From contig NC_052155.1 in the NCBI RefSeq assembly GCF_902713615.1, forward strand, positions 72,595,328 to 72,659,327: 64,000 nt of DNA. Direction: 5' to 3'. The first letter of the stretch is position 1. Each line of letters starts with the position of its first letter. Both the position numbers and the translations under genes were made by a program. This DNA comes from Scyliorhinus canicula. Lineage: Eukaryota. Below are positions 1 through 13,299 of this stretch, one piece after another. The notes under the pieces were generated by a model. That model did not search any database and was not told the DNA's origin. It saw only the letters and a list, made by a program, of their open reading frames with translations.

Positions 1-575
1 TATTGTGGAGGAGGTGTTATTGTTCATTCTCACTGATTGGGGTCTGTTGGTCAGAAAATCAAGGATCCAGTTGCAGAGTGGGGAGCCAAGTCCTAGTTTT
101 GGAGCTTTGATATGAGCTTGGCTGGGATTATGGTGTTGAAGGCAGAGCTGTGGTCAATAAATAGGAGTCTGATGTAAGAGTCCTTGTTGTCGAGATGCTC
201 AAGGGATGAGTGTAGGGCCAGGGAGATGGCATCTGCTGTGGACCGGTTGCGATGGTATGCGAATTGCAGTGGATCAATGCGTTCTGGGAGTATGGAGGTG
301 ATGCGCTTCATGATCAACCTTTCGAAGCACTTCATTACAACTGAAGTCAGGGCCACCGGACGGTAGTCATTGGGGCACGTTGCCTAGTTCGTCTTTGGTA
401 CTGGTATGATGGTGGTCTTCTTGAAGCAAGTGTGGACCTCGGAGTGGAGTAGGGACAGGTTAAAGATGTCTGCGAACACCTCTGCCAGCTGGTCCGCGCA
501 GGCTCTGAGTGCACGACCAAGGATCTCATCCGGACCCATCACCTTCCGAGGGTTCACTTTCAGGAAGGCCACTTG
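1..575 (-). mobile_element. Rex1/Babar-clade non-LTR retrotransposon, RT fragment running off the window start
   Basis: Minus ORFs 384-578 ([11 protein letters not shown]...[11 protein letters not shown]) and 93-356 ([13 protein letters not shown]...[17 protein letters not shown]...[13 protein letters not shown]) are typical Rex1 RT motifs; frameshifted. Confidence 0.85.
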
Positions 576-869
576 CACCCCCAGATACCAAAATGAGTGG
601 CCACCACCCTAAACGGCAAATGAGTCACTCAGCCAATTTCATACTTAAGTTGCTGTTGCTCTTTGATTCCATAAGCTCCAACTTTTCTCACAAGTCTTTT
701 GTGTAGCATTTTTAAGATGCTTTTCGGAAGTCCATGTATATCACATCAACTGCATTATTCTCATTAAGCCATTTAGCTGAACATGATCTTTCCCTTATCA
801 GGTCCATTCTGTCTATTCTTAATAAATCCAGATTTGCACAAGTGACAAATACTTTAGTCGCAAATTATC

Positions 870-1598
870 GGCCACATCGCACCTGACTTGGGGCGCGATG
901 CAGCCGGTAAACCCAGCACGTTACGACTTGTGGGATTTAACAGAATTTATCGAGATATTGCCACCTGAATCCCACCCTCAGGGACGGCACTGTGACAAAG
1001 TGGTTAGCACTGCTGCCTCACAACACTAGGGAACTGGGTTCAATTCCAGCCTTGGGTAATTGACTGTGTGGAGCTTGTACATTTTCCGTGTGTCTGAGTG
1101 GGTTTCCTCCGGGTGCTCAAGTTTCCTCCCACAGTCCAAAGATGTGCAGATTCGGTGGATTGGCCATGTTAAATTGACCCTTAGTGTTCAGCAGTTAGGT
1201 GACTGGGTTACTGGGATAGGGTGAGAGAGTGGGCCTGGATGGGGTGATCTTTTGGAGGGTTGGTGCAGACCCAATGGGACGAATAACCTCCTTGTGCCCA
1301 GGTGATCAGAGGCCCCCAGGTGGTTGGCCTCTGGTCAGGGTAGCAGTGCCACCTAGATGCCAGCCTGACATTGCCAGGATGCCCTGGTAGCACTGGCAGG
1401 GCACTCTCAGGATGTCAGGCTGGCAGCTGGGGATTGGGCCTGGAAATGCCCTGCCCTTTTGAGATGGGGTGCGGGTGGCTCGAGGTAGGTTGAGGTGTTG
1501 GAGGGGTCCAGGGGTTGCGTTGGGGGATCAAGAAATTGGGGCACCACACCTCACTAAACTGCCCACAACAGGCATGTTTTATTTTGTTAAATCATGCC
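870..1598. mobile_element. Harbinger-type MITE (long GC-rich family), degraded
   Basis: Ends in the TIR-like gttaaatcatgcc; internal similarity to 9658-10512 and 10852-12084. Confidence 0.5.
981..1297 (+). mobile_element. HE1/V-SINE-type tRNA-derived SINE
   Basis: A-box/B-box head (tggttagcactgctgcctcac...gggttcaattcc) plus conserved core gtgggtttcctccgggtgctc...cccacagtccaaagatgtgcag. Confidence 0.85.
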
Positions 1599-2582
1599 TA
1601 TTATTTCCCAAAGCTCCCCAATTGCAAGGATAAACTGACTGGCCTGTAGTTGCTAGGCTTATCTTTACATTCTGAACAAGGGTGTAATATTTGGAATTGT
1701 CCAATTCTCTAGCACCACTCCCCGCCCAAGGAAAACGGAAAAATTATCCTCAGTCCCTCCACAATTTCTATTCTCACTTCCTTCAATATTTTTGGATGCA
1801 TCTTATCCGACCCTGGTCCCTTGTCAACCTTACATGCAGACAGCCTATCTGAAACGCCTCCTTATCAATTTAAAACCCTTTAAGTATCTGAATTACTCAT
1901 CTTTCACCATGGCCTGAGTAGCACCTGCTTTCTTGGTAAAGACGCAATGCATTAATTTAATTCCTCAGCCTCCATGCATAAGTCTACTTTTAGGTGACTA
2001 ATCAGATTAATTCCATCTTTTACCACCCTTTTATGATTTATATGGCAAGACTTTGGAATTGCCTTTACTGTTATATATACTCTATCTAGTTCTTACTGTA
2101 TTCTCCACCTGAGATCTGTCATAAGCATATTCTGCTTCATTTTGACCTCTAATCTCTTTTGCCATCTGGGGATTTCTGGATTTGTTTGCCCCACCTTTCC
2201 CCTTGCTATGGCGAAAATATATTGACTGTGCTCAACCTACCTCTTTGTTCAAGGCAACCCGTTGTTCAGTTACAGTTTTGCCTGCTAATCTCTGATCCTG
2301 ATATATCTGTCCCTATTGAAGTTGGCTTACCCCCAGTTAATTGTTCTTGTTCTCGATTACTTCTTCTCCTTTTCCATAGCCAAACTGCATAATACAATAC
2401 GATGATCACTACGCTCTAAATGTATCCCCCCTCTTACACTTGATCCATTTGGAGCACCTCATTTCCTATAACCTGCTGTAGCAAGGCCTACTTTCTCATT
2501 AGACTGGAAACATGCTGCTGTAGAAAATTCTCCTGAACACACTCTAGGGAGATTTACCCTTCTTTGTTCTTTAGATTACTAT

Positions 2583-2893
2583 GATAATAATAATAATTTT
2601 TATTGTCACAAGTAGGCTTACATTAACACTGCAATGAAGTTACTGTGAAAAGCCCCTAGTCGCCACATTCCGGTGCCTGTTCGGGTACATGGAGGGAGAA
2701 TTCTGAATGTTCAAATTACCTAACAGCGTGTCTTTCGGAACGTGTGGGAGGAAACCGGAGCACCCGGAGGAAACCCACGCAGTCAAGGGGAGAACATGCG
2801 AACTCCACACAGACAGTGACCCAAGCCGGGAATTGAACCTGGGACCCTGGAGCTGTGAAGCAACTGTGCTAACCACTGTGCTACCGTGCTGTC
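2583..2893 (-). mobile_element. V-SINE with alternative tail (tail B, ending in (att)n)
   Basis: Same head and core, but the 3' part is gaacaggcaccggaatgtggcgactaggggcttttcacagtaac...tgtgacaataa followed by attattatt. Confidence 0.85.
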
Positions 2894-5344
2894 CATCCAT
2901 CCCAGTGTACATACAAATAATTAAAGTCCCCCATTATAACTACGCTATAATTCTTGCACTCTTCAGTTTCTCACAATTATCCAGATTGGCAATTTCTACA
3001 GGCTGCATATTCTGAGCAGGAGAGACCCAGACATTGAATTGCATTTGTTGTCACCTATTCACTTGTGACATGTTTCATTGTCTGGATGTAAGTTAGAGTA
3101 GGAGTTCCTGATGTACAATTGAAGATGGCAGTTATGTAAGAGACATTGCGAAAAAGAGAACCATGGAGTGAGAATAGATTAAACTGCCCCAAAAGGCCAA
3201 CTGATTAACTGATGGATGTGTTGCTGCCCTATATCATTTAACAAGTTGACATTAGCAGGCAACTTCTTTAACATTTTGTACATATAGTACTTAAGCATCC
3301 TTAATTAGAGTTCTAAGCAAAGCTGTGTTGTACTGAAGGGTAAGTGCTAAAGGGTTGGATACTCCGCCACCCGCCACTGATAGCGGTGTTCCTGATGCAG
3401 CAGAGAATTCAGCATTGGTCAAATAACTTTTCAATGCTCCGGTCCTCCGCTGACGGTGGCATTGAGGTTCACGGCCCAGCGGGAAGATGCAACTGGGTAT
3501 TAACGGGCAGGGCAACGGATTCTCCAAACCTGTGCGAATCTCTGGTCCTCTGGGCTGAGTTTCATGTGGGTGGGAATTGGTGGAGGTATTTCCCATCATG
3601 GCCCTGGCGCGGTGGACCTTATGGTGGGCCAAGGGGGTAACTCTTTTAGGGAGTTGCCCCCAAAGCACAGAGGTGAACCGCCCATAAGAGAGACCCCCAC
3701 CAGAGACGCCCCATAAGGGAGACTCCTAACTGCGACTACTCCATTAAGAGAAAGCCCTGTCTGGAACCCCCCCATTAATGAGACCCCTGCCCAGGAGTCC
3801 CCAGTTACAAACACCCCTGCCTGGAATCCCCCTGTTACAGAGCACCCTGCCCTGAATACTCCCAGTGCATAACCCCGGCTAGGAAGCCCACCACCTGGCT
3901 AGAAGCTAGAGAGCAGTCCAGACAGAAACAGTGAAAATAATCACTGCTTTAAAACTCACCTGTGTAAAACACATGCTGGCTCAGGCAGAGGAGCTGCACC
4001 TGTCTGTTGCTGGTAAAAGAAGACCAGTTAGGTGGGTTTAAACCCCCTCAAATCATTGATCTGCAAGGCGTTCATTTATATCAATGTGAAATTGATTTCA
4101 CTAGGCTGTGCTTGACACACTTAAAAACCCAGCCAGCTGTCTGGAGTGTTTAATCTCATTTCCCTTCACGCTTGAGTCGATTTTAAGTAGCCTGCAGTGA
4201 AACTAACCACAAGGCTTAGAAACATCTAGCTATGATTGACAGCTATTGAACCACAGAAAAACTGCCACCATTGAAGTTTAGGAGCATTTCATGATGAAAC
4301 TCCAGTAGCAGAACATTGAACCGAAAAATACATTTTAAAAAACCATAAACAGGATTCCACTTCTCACTTCCAAAGAAAAACAATATGGAGTTTAGTACCT
4401 AAGTTAGGACTTTGAATGTGTCACCTGAAAATCGTATTATTATACGTTGTGACTTGTAACGAATTAAGAAATTTGCATTCCCTAATCTAATGATGCCAAA
4501 GGCAATTAAGTGTGCATACTTGTTATTTTAATAACAATGTTTCAAGCTCAAGCAGTTTTAGATTTAAATCAATGATGTGGTGCTATAATCGGGCTTTATA
4601 CTTCATGTCTATCGGTAGAAAATTATATAAAAGAAACAGAAAACAGCTATTACGGTATTTATGTACAGCAAGAATTTATGGATATATTTTTAACTTTTAT
4701 CTCACAAAAATATCTAAATGTTGTTCTCTTGCTGAAGAATATTCTTTTCCTGAGATATTTGGAGGAAAAACTCTTCTGGAAACTACTGCAGATCACAGTA
4801 TATAAGTGGACCTTTGACACCTCCAAAATTCCTTCCCAAAATGAGGGTTGACTCAAACGACAGGTATAAAATGTGTATCCCCGGTGTGGATGTGGGTGGT
4901 CAACATTTTAAAATGTGAAAAAACACAACGCTAATTCAGTGAACTAAATTAATGTGGTATGATTTATTGAGTGGATTAATTGTAAAAGATACCGTTAACC
5001 ATAATCAAAATGTTTTAAAACTATCAATATCACTGAGTGGACTTTTCCGACCATTCATGTCACTGGGATACTGGGATCTACCAGAGCCCCCCCAATATGG
5101 CTTCCCCTGCGCTGGAGGGTGCAAACAGTGGGTCACACTGTTGACAGCGGCACAACCTGAAGATTCCCCCATCAGCCAATGGCAGCCGCCTTCGCCACAA
5201 CAAAACATACAGTGGGACGCGTGGAAAGTCATGCCCATTTTCTCAGGCATCTGAAGCGAAGAGTTCATCCAACTCATTTAGAGTCAATTTGATGACTCTA
5301 AAGTCATCTAAACGATCCCACTCAGGTTTGGCACTTTCGCTTTC

Positions 5345-5974
5345 AGAATCACGTGCCGGGTCGGAGAATCGCGGGGGGGGGGGGGGGTGAGAATCGCGCC
5401 ATACTGCTCCGATGCTGGGCAGATGATTCTCCAGCGAGGGGAGAATCAACGGCAATCACACCCGCGGGGTCGCTGCCGCGCTGGTTGGGGGCTTTTGAAA
5501 GCGGCTCTCCCCCCCCCTTGCCGTGTTTGGCCGAGTCCTTCCGGCGTGGGTTACGTATGGTCCTATCCGATGGGACCTCAGAGTTCTGGCTGTGGGGGCC
5601 ATCCTGGTTGGGGGGCACGAGGGACCTGACTCCAGAGGGGTCCTCCACTTGGCCAGGCCCGCGATCGGAGCCTACCAATCGGCAGGTGGCTAATTCCATG
5701 GGGGGCTAATTCCTCCGCGCTAGGCCCCTGAAGGGCTCCGCCATATTTCCTGGGGGCGGTGCAGAGACGGCAACCCACGCGCATTCGTGGACCCGCGCTG
5801 GCCGTGGCGCACCAGCTTTCGAGCGCCGAAGCAGTGGACACCACTCCGGTGCCGTACTAGCCCCCTAGGAAGGGGTGAATATCTGGGCCTGGAGGCCCTT
5901 TGACGCCGGAGTCGCTCACGCTGCTTTTGACGCCGGTGTCAGAACTTGGCCACGGAATTGGAGAATCCCGACCC
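5345..5974. mobile_element. Harbinger-type GC-rich MITE nested in the pogo element
   Basis: Right TIR ggagaatcccgaccc, internal gagaatc/gattctc motifs and poly-G; left end unclear. Confidence 0.65.
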
Positions 5975-6311
5975 ATGCTTCCATAACAAATCGCCTTCCA
6001 TTGAATTGGGTCAACATGTGACTCACTGGGTACTTATGTTTTGCCTATGTCTGACGATGAACTGCTTGGAACTGGTCATTTTGGCATCAAGGTCTGTGTA
6101 TAAATTGGTCCCCATTTTTGGAAGGATTTTTGGAAGGTTCAGAGGTCAATTTAAACACCAGAATCTGTCACAATACTAGACTGATATAGAATCATAGAAT
6201 TGTTACAGCACAGAAGAAGGCTATTTGGTCCATCATGTCGATGCTGGCTTTCCTCAGGACCAATTCACATATTGCCACTCCCCCACCTTCTCCCTGCATC
6301 CCATTTTGTTC

Positions 6312-6678
6312 CATAAAGTAACGACACCAATTAGCTGTTGCTCCAAAATATTTGCTGGACTCAGCCTATCATGTTAGCCACTTAAGTGTGTAAACATGCA
6401 TTAGATTTCTGGTGACCGTGTAACCATTCTGACGCTTTTCCAGGACCTATTCTGATACATACTTCTCAAGATCAGGCCAGTGGCTGTTCTCTGTGCTGAT
6501 GGTGCATTTTGTCTTGGATGTCTTCTTTAAGGCAGTTCCTTTTTCTTCCATTCTCGCAACAGCTTTTCACTAACTCCAAATTCTCTCAACGCAGTACAGT
6601 TATTTGACGAGTTAGCAAATGATACAACCATTAGCTTAAAAAACAGCTTCATACTTCTTCATCTTCTGGAGGATCCAT
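6312..6678 (-). pseudogene. pogo transposase N-terminus (Brinker-type DBD plus CENP-B HTH), frameshifted
   Basis: Manual translation: FKLMVVSFANSSNNCTALREFGVSEKLLREWKKK / HWPDLEKYVSE*VLEKRQNGYTVTRN / ATANWCRYFM. Confidence 0.8.
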
Positions 6679-7184
6679 TTCTGTCCATCACTCACATGGC
6701 CTGGTCTGTGTGGGTTTGTCTTAAACCCCTGAGCATCTTCTCTGCAGCACAACCTCGATCACCTGTTTCATCCTGTGCGCTGATTTAGATTATAAAGGAA
6801 GGAAAAAGTGCACTTCTGCGGTGAAATATTACAGCCGACCACTAATGTGAGTGTGGCATTCCATAGCTGAAAGGGGGATCAACTTATATGCTAAATAAAT
6901 GCAAAAACATGATGATTTTAATGCTGGGTCAACGTATATGATGTGAACTACAGTACATGTCTGCAACATAAATCACAAGCTGAGTTTGAATGAAGAGAGT
7001 CTTCTTTATTTGTTTCTGGGATGAAAGTATTGCTGCCATTTGATACCCATTTCTAATTAGCCTCAAGAGAGGCATTTGATTCTATTCCTCCAGAATACCA
7101 AGTTCACAAGAAATGTTTGGCTAGTTTTGGATGAATTCTTGCGTGACTTACTAGAAATCTAAACCTATGAAACTTCCATGCACT

Positions 7185-7600
7185 GCTCTCAATAACAGCA
7201 CTTTTGCAGCACAACATTCCAAAGCATATCATAAAGGTGCTACCAATCAAAATTTGGCCAACAGATAGTCTTTAAGAAATTTCTTAAAGGAGGATAGAGA
7301 GTTGGAGAGGTTTCGGGACAGAATTCCAAAGCTTCGGGCCAAGGCATCTGGAGGCAAAGTCACCAATGGCAGAGCGAGACCAGGATTGGGGCGCAGAGAT
7401 CTCATGGCTTTTGGGACTGGAGGAGTTTACAGAAATAGGGAGGGCTGAGGCCATGGAAGGTTCGAAGAAAAGGGTGAGCATTTTCAAATTGGGCTGTTGT
7501 TGGACCAAGTGCCAGAATGGGTCAGCAAGTTCAGGGGTGATGGGTGAATGGAGCTTGGTGCGCGTTACGTTACAGGCAACAGACCCTTAGATGAGTACAA
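7185..7600 (-). mobile_element. L2-like LINE 3' fragment
   Basis: Minus translation ...RSAIGDFASRCLGPKLWNSVPKPL... fits the C-terminal (A/G)PxLWNxLP motif; related to 44930-45450. Confidence 0.65.
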
Positions 7601-7603
7601 ATT

Positions 7604-7896
7604 TGTTTTGTTTTAAGCACGTCACTAGCTTATATAAAACCTTCCTGTTGCAATATGTCTTAATGAATAGCAGCGTGCCATCATGTTAACGGAAGTGTGC
7701 CATGTGATCCAGTCTCAGTTTCACATGGCCTGGAGCAGAACACAGCACACACAGCCCTGCTGCTCTGATATCCTCAAGCGTTCTGTCCATGTAAATCTGT
7801 TCACATGTGACTAACGTTAAAAGATAAACCTAAAACCTGCTTGCACTATCAGTTATGAGCGATCGGTGCCTTTATATAATCATAATACATGCAACA
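7604..7896 (+). mobile_element. Possible solo Gypsy-type LTR
   Basis: ~290 bp with TGTT...AACA termini; no TSD found. Confidence 0.3.
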
Positions 7897-8320
7897 CTTC
7901 CTGCAATGTTTAGCATATCGCTAACAGGGGACCAAAGGAAATCATCCATCCCCATTGGTGTGAATTTTAACATGGGAGTTATTTTAAACTAATTTACGCT
8001 GCACTCACACTTCCAACTTGTTGTCTAATTAAAATCGTCCCCATTGTTTGATTTTCCTCCTTTGCCCTAAGGAGAGAAGTGGAGGCACAAAGGATTTGCA
8101 TTTGAATCTTGCTAATTAATTGGGGATTTATAAAATGAAAGAACTTCAGATGAAGTCATAAGACTTTGTTTAATTAGAAATATTGATTAATCACAGAGTC
8201 GTAAAATAGTAGGTCAAATTTAAATACAGCACTTTCATGTTGAAGGGCACTGCTCTAGGTGTACAAGTTGCAAATCCCTGTGAAATTTAGTGGTAACTAT
8301 AAGTAACATATAGGAAAAAA

Positions 8321-8800
8321 TATGTATTTATATAGCACATTTCAGAGTCAATTTTATGAAGTGTTGTCACTGTTGTGAAGTAGGAAAGAAAACACTCAAT
8401 CTGTGTATAGCAACGTCCTAAAATCAGAAATGACCAGATCATCTGCTTCGGTGTTTTTTGTAGAATAAATGTTGGCCAGGACACCGGAAGAATTTTGCTA
8501 CTGTTCTTGGAAATCTTTCACATCATCTGAGAGGGCAGGCAGTCAGCGTCGGTTCAATTCCCGTATCAGCCTCCCCGAACAGGTGCCGGAATGTGGCGAC
8601 TAGGGGCTTTTCACAGTAACTTCATTGAAACCTACTTGTGACAATAAGCGATTATTATTAGTTGTGCGATTTAACTTTTCACATAAGTAACAAGACCATC
8701 CGTCAGTAGTGCACTGCAGTGTCAGCCGAGGTCATGTGGAGTGTAGCATGTACTATCTTATTCAGAGGCAAGATGACTATCACTCTGCCAAGTCTGACAC
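8321..8800 (-). mobile_element. DeuSINE-type (SacSINE1-like) SINE, interrupted by a short SINE
   Basis: gaagtgttgtcactgttgtgaagtagg...aatgaccagatcatctg...aatgttggccaggacacc core with a degraded tRNA head; related to 46735-47360. Confidence 0.7.
8540..8660 (+). mobile_element. Short tRNA-derived SINE without V-domain (tail B), 5'-truncated
   Basis: B-box ggttcaattccc joined directly to ccccgaacaggtgccggaatgtggcgactagggg...tgtgacaataagcgattattatt. Confidence 0.8.
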
Positions 8801-9657
8801 TCAGCATTACGAACATTTTAGTATTAGCATCGTTGTGTCAGGCTGCACATTTCCATTTTAAAAATTTCAAAATATGAGATTATTAAAAGGACTGCAAGAA
8901 CTCACTTCTCCTTTTGACCTCCAAATTAAACTGTGTGAAGATTAGTCTTTTCAGTTCTTTTGTTCACCATTTTAATGGAGGTGCAAAATTAAATCGGGCA
9001 ATACTTCCATTAAAATAATGGACGAAAGATTTGTTAAGTATGTATTAGCATCTGTAAACTAATCTTAGCATAGTGTACATTCAGAACCTTTTACTGGGAT
9101 GGTATTAGTATGCTTAAGTAAACAATCTCAGTACTTACCAAATCTTGATTAATTTAGTTGGCACCATTTTACATATTTATCGGTATGCAGTGCTTTGCAA
9201 AAAATAATAATCCAGTCTGAGACTAGCCCCAGCACAGCTAGCAGCCCTACCACATGAGGTGAGTGCTGCTGATGTAGCTGGAGAACCGTAAGTCCTCCTC
9301 TGAACACTTATCCAGGTCTGGAAGCAGGATAAAGAAATGGAGTTAACGTCTTGAGTCCGCATGACTTCTTTGGAACCGAAGATAGCAGAGAAAGTGAGGA
9401 GGGAGAAAACAATTTTAAAAACAGCCTGTTATATGATGGAAGACAAAATAGATTAAAAGACAAAGTGATGATTTTGCAACTGTCAAAGGGGATATAAGTG
9501 GGGCAAATGAAAGGTGAGGTGCTTTTCCTCCAACTTATGTTGAGCTTTTATGGAATACTGTCAGGATCAAGCTAGATTTGGAGGGCAGTGGAAGTCTTGC
9601 TTTGCTGAAACTCCATCCCAGTGGTGGGAATATGTGTCCAGAATGTTTTCATATAAA

Positions 9658-10512
9658 GAGTGTGATTCAGCTGCCTTGCCGCGCCTGACTTGATGTCGGG
9701 ATGAAGCCGTTGAATCTCGCGAGAAGACTCCATCGGGAATCGCGACTCTCGAAACGTCTCACGAGATTCAATGGAACCTCGCTGGACGAGATCCAGGTGT
9801 GCATATTTAAATGAGCCATTCAGCTCATTTTAATATGCACTCACCCAATTCACCCAGTGTTTTAATCGGCCTCCCCAACGAGGCCTCAACTGGGCGCCGT
9901 TTGGTACAGGTTTACAAAGTCGTGAACCAGTCGTGATGGCACCTCAGGCGTTGTGGACGGACGGACGGACAGTGGGGGGGGGGAGGTGGCTTGAGGCCCC
10001 CAGGCGGTTAGGGACTGGGCACAATGGCACCTTGGCACTCCCCCCTGGCACCTGGTCACCTTGGCACTGCCACAAAGTCACCCTGCCAGGGTTCCAGGCT
10101 GGCAGTGGCAAGATATCCTGGTGCCAGGTTGGTCAGGCCTGGGCGAGGGCCTTGCACATTCGAGGTGGGGTGAGGGGGTTGCTCAAGGACCCCGGAAGAG
10201 TTATTTTGGGTGAAGTGTGGGGCTCCCGAGACCACGGTGAGGGCGCGGAGGGGAGTAGAAAGGTCGGGGCTGCCTTTAAAAATGGCACCCTGAAAAATGG
10301 TCCATGAGTAGTCTTCCTGCATTGTGGAGCTCAGCTCACCGGTGCAGGAAATGACTTACAGAGTAGCTTTGATGGGGAGTTCCTCGCCAAGGCCAAAGAA
10401 AATGGCAAAGTGCCATTGAATAACGGGGTCTTTCTCTACACAGCAGGCACTGAGAAACACCCCGAAACATGCTGTTCAAAGGACTATAACTTGTGTCCAC
10501 TGATTCGCGGCC
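9658..10512. mobile_element. Harbinger-type MITE
   Basis: TIR-like ends gagtgtgattcag...ctgattcgcggcc; 3-bp TSD aaa/aaa. Confidence 0.7.
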
Positions 10513-10851
10513 AAAGTATTTAAAATACTTAAGTCCCTATCCCATTTCTTCCAATCACTATTTGAAGATATTTCTTCGAATAGCAACAGATTATTGTCCT
10601 CATTATAAACTTTGGAAACACTAATCCTGAATAATTTAATAATTTAATTGTGCCCACTTAGCAGTGACCTTAAGTTAAGAGTCACAAGTGGAGGCTTCTG
10701 CATTGCATACTCCTTTGCATGTTACAGTGACTAATGCAAAAGAATTATGGAAAATCTGTTATGAACTTACAAGAAAGAGCATCTTACACCAAAGTATTCA
10801 CAGCAGAAATTAATTTGACAAAACTGCAAACAATTTTGTATTTAAAATAAT

Positions 10852-12084
10852 GGGTGTGGTCGACTGGCCACACTGCACCCAAAAAGCAATGCACCGCGGT
10901 GCAGCGTGGCCAGTAAGTGACGGGAGACCCTGGTGCCGGGATCCACCCATCTCGCCGCGCCTTGAGAGATTCAATGTGATATCGCGAGATGTCGTGATGT
11001 GAAGTCTGCCCATTTTTGGTAAATCTGCATATTAGAGCGAAACTGCTAGGATCACTCTAATATGGAGTTTACTGAGGTAACCACGTCGTTGGGATCTATC
11101 CCCTTTGCCTTGGTGACCTTGGGCAAGCGCCGTTCAGGATTGGTCTCCACAGACAGAATGGCACTCGTGGGGGTTTCCCAGGGGATTGGAGGCCCCCAGA
11201 TGCGTGCCTTAGAGGAATCATAGAATTTACAGTGCAGAAGGAGGCCATTCGGCCCATCGAGTCTGCACCGGCTCTTGGAAAGAGCACCCTATCCAAGGTC
11301 CACACCTCCACCCTACCTCCACAGCCCAGTAACCCCACCCAACACTAAGGGCAATTTTGGACACTATGGGCAATTTAGCATGGTCAATCCACCTAACCCG
11401 CACATCTTTGGAATGTGAGAGGAAACCAGAGCACCCGGAGGAAACCCACGCACACATGGGGAGAATGTGCAGACTCCGCACAGACAGTGACCCAAGCCGG
11501 GAATCGAACCTGGGACCCTGGAGCTGTGAAGCAATTGTGCTATCCACAATGCTACCGTGCTGAGCAGGGTGGTACTTGGGCACAACAGGTGCCAGCTGGG
11601 CACTTAGGCAGTGCCAGCTTGGCACCATGGCTGTGCCATCTGGGTGCCAAGCTGGTGGTGTCGAGGTGGCAATGTCAGATGGAGGGGGCACTGACAGGGT
11701 GCCAGGCTGGCATTTTCCGTGCTGTGAAGTTCGGGCCTCGGGTGCCCTGGAGGGGGGCGGGGGGGGTCCGTTCATAGGAGGGCCGGGGGGGGGGGGGGGT
11801 TGACCCCCTTACAGTGAGTTGGGGATTTTGGGGGTTGCTTTGGGTGCTCAAGAGATTGGGGCGCTATTACCCTCTCCTACACTGAGGAGTTTTGGCGAGC
11901 GGGGCTCCTCAGTGCAGCAAAGGGGACAAAACGTGGCTTCGGCCGTGTGTTCCCAGCTGAGGCCCCCGATCTGACCCGAGTGACGTTTGATAGCGTTGTG
12001 ATTCTCGACGCAGTGAACGCCAGGAAACACGTGACTAAACACGCTTCCTCTGGGACATTGTTCCCATTTGGCTAAATCACGGCC
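10852..12084. mobile_element. Harbinger-type MITE with nested V-SINE
   Basis: Ends gggtgtggtcgac...ctaaatcacggcc, flanks aat/agt; same family as 56263-57274. Confidence 0.7.
11215..11561 (-). mobile_element. HE1/V-SINE with CR1-type tail A
   Basis: Full head, core and tail gggccgaatggcctccttctgcactgtaaattctatgattc. Confidence 0.9.
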
Positions 12085-13299
12085 AGTGAGTCACTAGATG
12101 TGCCTGAAATCATTTATAATTTAATTTATAATTTATCACAAAAAAATCCAGCTTTAAGAGTTGATTCCCCGGTGTCATACTTGAGTAGTGCCCCCGCCTT
12201 TTAGCACATACTGCCGTGGAATCCAAAAGATAGGTCTCAGCATATTTCTAGTTGAACGATTGCCATACTCGGTGAGGAAGGCTGCTTTTCATTCTTGAAG
12301 CGTTGGCACTCTAGACAGCAAAACATTTTGTAAATGCATTATAGTTGATCCTACAATTAACTCCCCATGAGACACGCAGTGCAGCTCCTCATTCGTTAAA
12401 TGCCATTGTAAAATAGACACTGCAAAGTTCACAAACTATTCAAAGCAGTACAGCAATATTTAAAGAGAGCCTACTGCAAGATTTGTGACTGCTGTTTTGC
12501 ACTTCACAAGTTTAACTGTGACTATCCCAGCTGATCCATTTATTCATGTACTGCTTTTGCTCGTTTTCTGCATTCTGTTTTTCCGAACAACATTCTTACT
12601 GCTACAGCCCTCTTGCACATCAAAGCCTGGATTCTCCATTCTGGAGACTAAGTGCTCCCGCCTGCAGGGAATCACAACTGGTCTCTACTGGCACGAGGAG
12701 CAGCGCCCAGGTACAGGTTTCTCTCCTTAACTATGCAAACATATGCATGGGGCGGAACTCACCGGATTCTATCGAATCCCAGTATCGGGCTGCCATTTTG
12801 ACCGGCCAGCTCAATCCAGAGGTCTGCTGGTGCCCCCCCCCCCCCCCCCCCACCCACCCAACACATCAAAAGTGACTAAGTGGCTTTGCTTCCTCTTATT
12901 CACAGTAGAAAGCACTTAGCTGCTTTTGCTGTGGTGAGCAGTGTTTATAAAAATGGTTAGCATCAAAACAGGGTAATGGAGATTCATTCAAGCATGAAGG
13001 GAAAGATAGATAAACAATCTACCAAGCACCTGTCTCTGGAGTAATAACACTGCCAATGACTGGCTAATGAAATGTATTGCTGTGTGAAATTTAATTACAG
13101 TTTTGCATTTCAAAGGCTGTCAGGGGATTTGAAGACCTTTTAAGTGTAGCTGGCTTTTGAGGAAGCCTTTAACACTTGCAACAACCGCTGCTTTAAACAC
13201 TTTTGTCGAAGCAGAAGAAGGGTATGTGAAAATGCAGTGATCTTTCACTGTGCTACCTGAACTGTTCTTCAGCTTTCAGGTAAGGGTGTCTGATGGGGT

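Larger units (their letters stand above)
690..2580 (-). mobile_element. Old, degraded CR1 LINE remnant interrupted by a MITE and a SINE (870-1598)
   Basis: Resembles the CR1 at 52113-54463 (e.g. ttttcggaagtccatgtatatcacatcaac, the antisense of the VDVxYMDF motif); heavily decayed. Confidence 0.55.
4786..6953 (-). mobile_element. pogo/Tigger-superfamily DNA transposon fossil (POGK-like), internally deleted, with nested insertions
   Basis: ~27-bp imperfect TIRs (ctgcagatcacagtatataagtggacc vs reverse complement ctgtagttcacatcatatacgttgacc), each flanked by TA (4784-85, 6954-55); contains a transposase remnant. Confidence 0.8.

Noticed and set aside
9130-9295. Cluster of splice-donor-like motifs (gtgagt, gtaagt, acttac)
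   Set aside because: No good acceptor or recognisable peptide; cannot be supported without transcript data.
12608-12710. Possible 103-nt plus-strand exon (ag|ccctct...ccag|gtacag)
   Set aside because: Weak donor and neither open frame resembles a protein I recognise.
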